A stretch of 64,000 bases of DNA from Isurus oxyrinchus (taxonomy: Eukaryota): contig JANJGN010000071.1 in NCBI GenBank assembly GCA_026770705.1, forward strand, positions 1,054,001 through 1,118,000, given 5' to 3'. Below the pieces are notes generated by a model. That model made no database searches. It was not told the DNA's origin and saw only the letters and a program-made list of their open reading frames with translations. Positions 60,598 through 64,000 of the stretch are shown here, one piece after another. The first letter of the stretch is position 1; every line of letters starts with the position of its first letter. Position numbers and translations under genes: made by a program.

Positions 60598-60973
60598 TTG
60601 GACTGTCACAAGAGTGGAAAGGCGACACTCCACGAGAGGTGACAGCGCAGGAAGGTTCGTGTGTACAGATTCCATGTCATTACAGTTAATCATCACATTT
60701 CGTAGGGAGATCACGTGTCGGAATCTGGTTGAAAGGAATAGATGGGAACCCACAGCCTAAATGGTCTATAGCCTTTCATTCCGAGGGTCACAGTCACAGG
60801 GATCAAAGATTCCGCCATCGTACCCGGCTGTCTGGAGACCTGAAAGATGGCGACTGTTCCCTGATTATAAACAAAATCAGACGGGAAGATGCAGGACCTT
60901 ATTTTTTTCAGAATATAATTTGACAACAGGAATAGATACAACTATTATCCTGTAACCCGGCTTCATGTTTCTG
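60598..60973 (+). pseudogene. Gene D Siglec V-set exon (premature TAA at 60687-60689; +1 T frameshift at ~60902-60908)
   Basis: Clear paralogue of 29520-29885 with two disabling lesions. Confidence 0.88.
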
Positions 60974-61832
60974 GTAAGTGCTGTGTTATAATTACTCAAC
61001 AATTCACATTCAACACTCAATGGGAAATAACACAAACTGTGACGTTTACAAATTAACACAAAACACAGCTTATTATAACACACTGTCTGATTCTCAATAA
61101 CCTGGTGATAGCTTCCAGTTCAGTCCGAAAGTAACCTCTAATACTCACTTTAATATCAATGATGAAAAGCATTAACTGTATTATCAGGTTATCCACTCCC
61201 ATCAATCTCTCCTGTCCTGTTTAAAAGTCTGACGTATCGATAAAAGAAAGATGTGCATTTCTGCAGCGCAATTTACCACCTCAGGAGGATCCAAATCCCT
61301 TCACAGCCAATGAAATTATTCCTGAATTGTCGTCACAGATGTTAAACACAGCAGGCAGTTTGTGCACAGCAAGATCCAACAAACCACAAGGTGATAAATC
61401 ACCCAGATCACTGAGGAAATGAGAAGCCAGTGAACTCAAACCTCTGGTCTGATGAAGAGTCATACGGACTCGAAACGTTAACCCTGTCTTCCTCTCCACT
61501 GATACTGTCAGACCTGCTGAGTCTTTCCAGCAATTTTTGTTTTGGTTTCAGATTTCCAGCATCCGCAGTATTCTGCTTTTAACTCCAATCTCTGGTCTGA
61601 GCCTCTTCTCTCATCCAGTGTTCTCAATTCACATGTCTCGGAGTGAACGTGTATTAAGCTGAGAGACAGAAACACTACTGCCAAAGAGCAAGAAAATCTT
61701 TCCTGATCATTGTAACCTCTCAGTTCTGAGATCATCCTTGTAAAAGTGCTTTCTCTTGTGGGACTGTGGTTTCTATTTGAACTGATGCTTCACGTTATAT
61801 TTGTCTAAAAGGATCCATTCTCTGTCTGTTAG

Positions 61833-62129
61833 ATTTCACAGATAAACCCACGATATTCCCTGCTGAAATTATTGCAGGAAAGCATGTGGATGTAAGCTGC
61901 ACCTTCAACACAACGTGCAATGGAACAGCAGCACCTGTCTTAACCTGGGAAACTCCCACTGACGTACCTGGATCAGTCTCAAACACTGTAACTCAGCATG
62001 GTGTCACTCTGACCTATACTTCTGTTCTGACCCTGATCCCATCACTCAAACACCACGGACACACTCTCAGCTGCAGAGTGAGATATCCATCTGTTTCATC
62101 GGAGCGGACCCTCGTACTAACTGTACAAG
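61833..62129 (+). pseudogene. Gene D domain-2 C2 exon (frame intact)
   Basis: Near-identical to 30744-31040; retains Trp (LTWET). Confidence 0.88.
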
Positions 62130-62455
62130 GTAAGAATGGACACCCTTCATTCTACATCAGCACTCCCTCAGCGCTGACCCTCTGACAGTGCAGCCCGTTC
62201 TCAGTATCCACATTCTCAGACCTCTCAAAGTGCTTCACAGTCGATAGAAGTTAATTGATATTTATTTGATTATTGCTGAATGAAGAGACAAGCTGTCTAA
62301 AGTTTTCATCTCACAGACAGTATTCTCCATGGCAACACCTCCACCTATCAGAGACCACTTGCCAACCAATCAGCACTCTCTTCCCATTAAGTATAAATTG
62401 TTGTTCACTTTCTGTTGGTTATCGTGCGAACGGGCTTCTTGATTCCTGCCCTGAG

Positions 62456-62603
62456 ATCTTAATGTCCCAAAATTCAGAACAAGTTCCAACAATGAGCTGT
62501 GGTTGGTGATTCCTCACGTTACATCCAGGGACATGGACACTATCAATGTGTTCAGAGAATGAACATGGAGCAGTGGAGGGGTTCATAACCATCACTGTGG
62601 AAC
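62456..62603 (+). pseudogene. Gene D degenerate 3' half of a C2 repeat exon
   Basis: NELWLVIPHVTSRD...ENEHGAVEGFITITVE with indels. Confidence 0.8.
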
Positions 62604-64000
62604 GTGAGTGTACACAGACTTCAACATCTCTCTCAGATTCGAACACTACACAAACGCCCTCAAACATACAGACCTAAATAGACACGTGTAGACACACATA
62701 TATGACCACACACAAAGACACACTCACAAACAAACACACTAGCACAAGACTCCCTCATGGGTTACCTGACCTCCCTCAGTACTGCACTGGAGAGTGGGCT
62801 GCATTCTGGGATTTGTGTTCCCATTCGTATTTATGGAAGAATATGGAAATTACTCGTACAAACACTCAGATGCATAGAGGCACTCGTAGATACTATCTGC
62901 TTCTCCAACTCTCTCTCTCTCCCTTTAAGGAGCTACCTGAAACCTAACCCTTTGACGAAGAACTAGTCCCAACTCCTCCTTATCTGATTCTGTGATTTCT
63001 TTTGTGTATCTGAGAGTAAAAGAGAGGTGAAGAGGTTTAGTACGAGAATTCTTGCTGGTGAAAAGCTTACATCTTGTTCTCATTATTTCCGTGCACATAT
63101 TTCCCAGTATGTCCAATGCCCCTGTTTATAATGATGACTGCCTATGTAAACGTCACGCTGTAGTTACAGCCTCCCACCAGTGGTGGCATTGTAGCACTTA
63201 ATCCTTGTGTTTCCCAGCTTTTCAAGCAACTCCACTTCCCAGTTTGCTACACAAGCTGTGAGTTCATCAGAATTAAATTATTTCTCAAACAGTAGATTTG
63301 ATAACTCATTTTATTGAAAACTTCCTCAGTGCCTCCCTGAAGGGTTTACACTCTCCGGGAAGCAGGAATAGGCTGGATGTTGGGGAGTTCATCTTTTCCC
63401 AGAGAGTAGGGATCCTCAGGAATGTGCTGTCAGTGGGTGTGGTGGTTGCTGATTCTCTGTCACCTTCAAGAGGGATCTGGAGTGGTTACTGACTGGGGGA
63501 GAGATCATGGAAGCGGAGAATGATACAGCACAGGAGGAGGCCATTCAGCCCATTGTGCCTGTGCCAGATCTTTCAATGATCTATCCAATCAGATCCACTA
63601 ACCACCACTCCACCTTGCCCCCATCTTCCTCCTTCAAGTGTTTATCCAATTTCCCTTTCGAAAGTTCCTATTGAATCTGCTTCCACCGCCCTTTCAGGCA
63701 GCACCTTCCAGATCACAACAACTCGCTCTGTCAAAACAAATTCTCCTCATCTCCCCCTCCGGTTCATCAATCTGTTTCCCTCTGGTTACCGACCCTCCTG
63801 CCCCTTAAATACATCAATACTATTCACCTCAACCACTCCCAGTGGGAGCGAGTTCCACATTCTCCCCTCTCTCTGGGTAAAGATTGGAACTGTTTATTAA
63901 GCGGGGGGTGTAAGTCCATGGGGGAGTCCATCTCGATCCTGCCCGATTCGCACACGCGTCCGAGATGGATTTCCACCCTGCACTAAACGTTTCCAGAATT

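Overview
Repeat-rich vertebrate DNA, most likely a cartilaginous fish (shark): it carries DeuSINE/SacSINE1-like SINEs, CR1, L2, RTE and Penelope retroelements and LTR remnants. The window is a tandem cluster of Siglec-like (sialic acid-binding Ig-like lectin) genes, all on the + strand. Gene A (about 25.5-45.8 kb) looks intact. It has a non-coding exon, a signal-peptide exon, a V-set exon with the Siglec cysteine pattern and the essential Arg (YFFRIE...KYSY), a domain-2 C2 exon, an internally deleted 93-nt mini-exon, ten near-identical 282-nt C2 exons, a TM exon and two cytoplasmic exons with an ITIM (LLYANI) and ITSM (TEYTQI). The conceptual product is 1316 aa, or 1347 aa with the mini-exon. 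Broken paralogues flank it. Gene B (3.7-18.4 kb) has a divergent V-set truncated by a Gypsy gag-pro fragment, and orphan tail exons in which the ITIM is lost. A second orphan tail lies at 19.5-21.3 kb. Gene C (52-55.9 kb) has a C2 fragment, a TM exon and a quite different YxN/ITAM-like tail. Gene D (59.3-62.6 kb) is a recent pseudogene copy of A whose ligand-binding loops have diverged much more than its introns. A possible degenerate NLR remnant lies on the minus strand at 12.7-14.3 kb. All exon calls come from reading splice sites and frames by eye, with no expression or database support.
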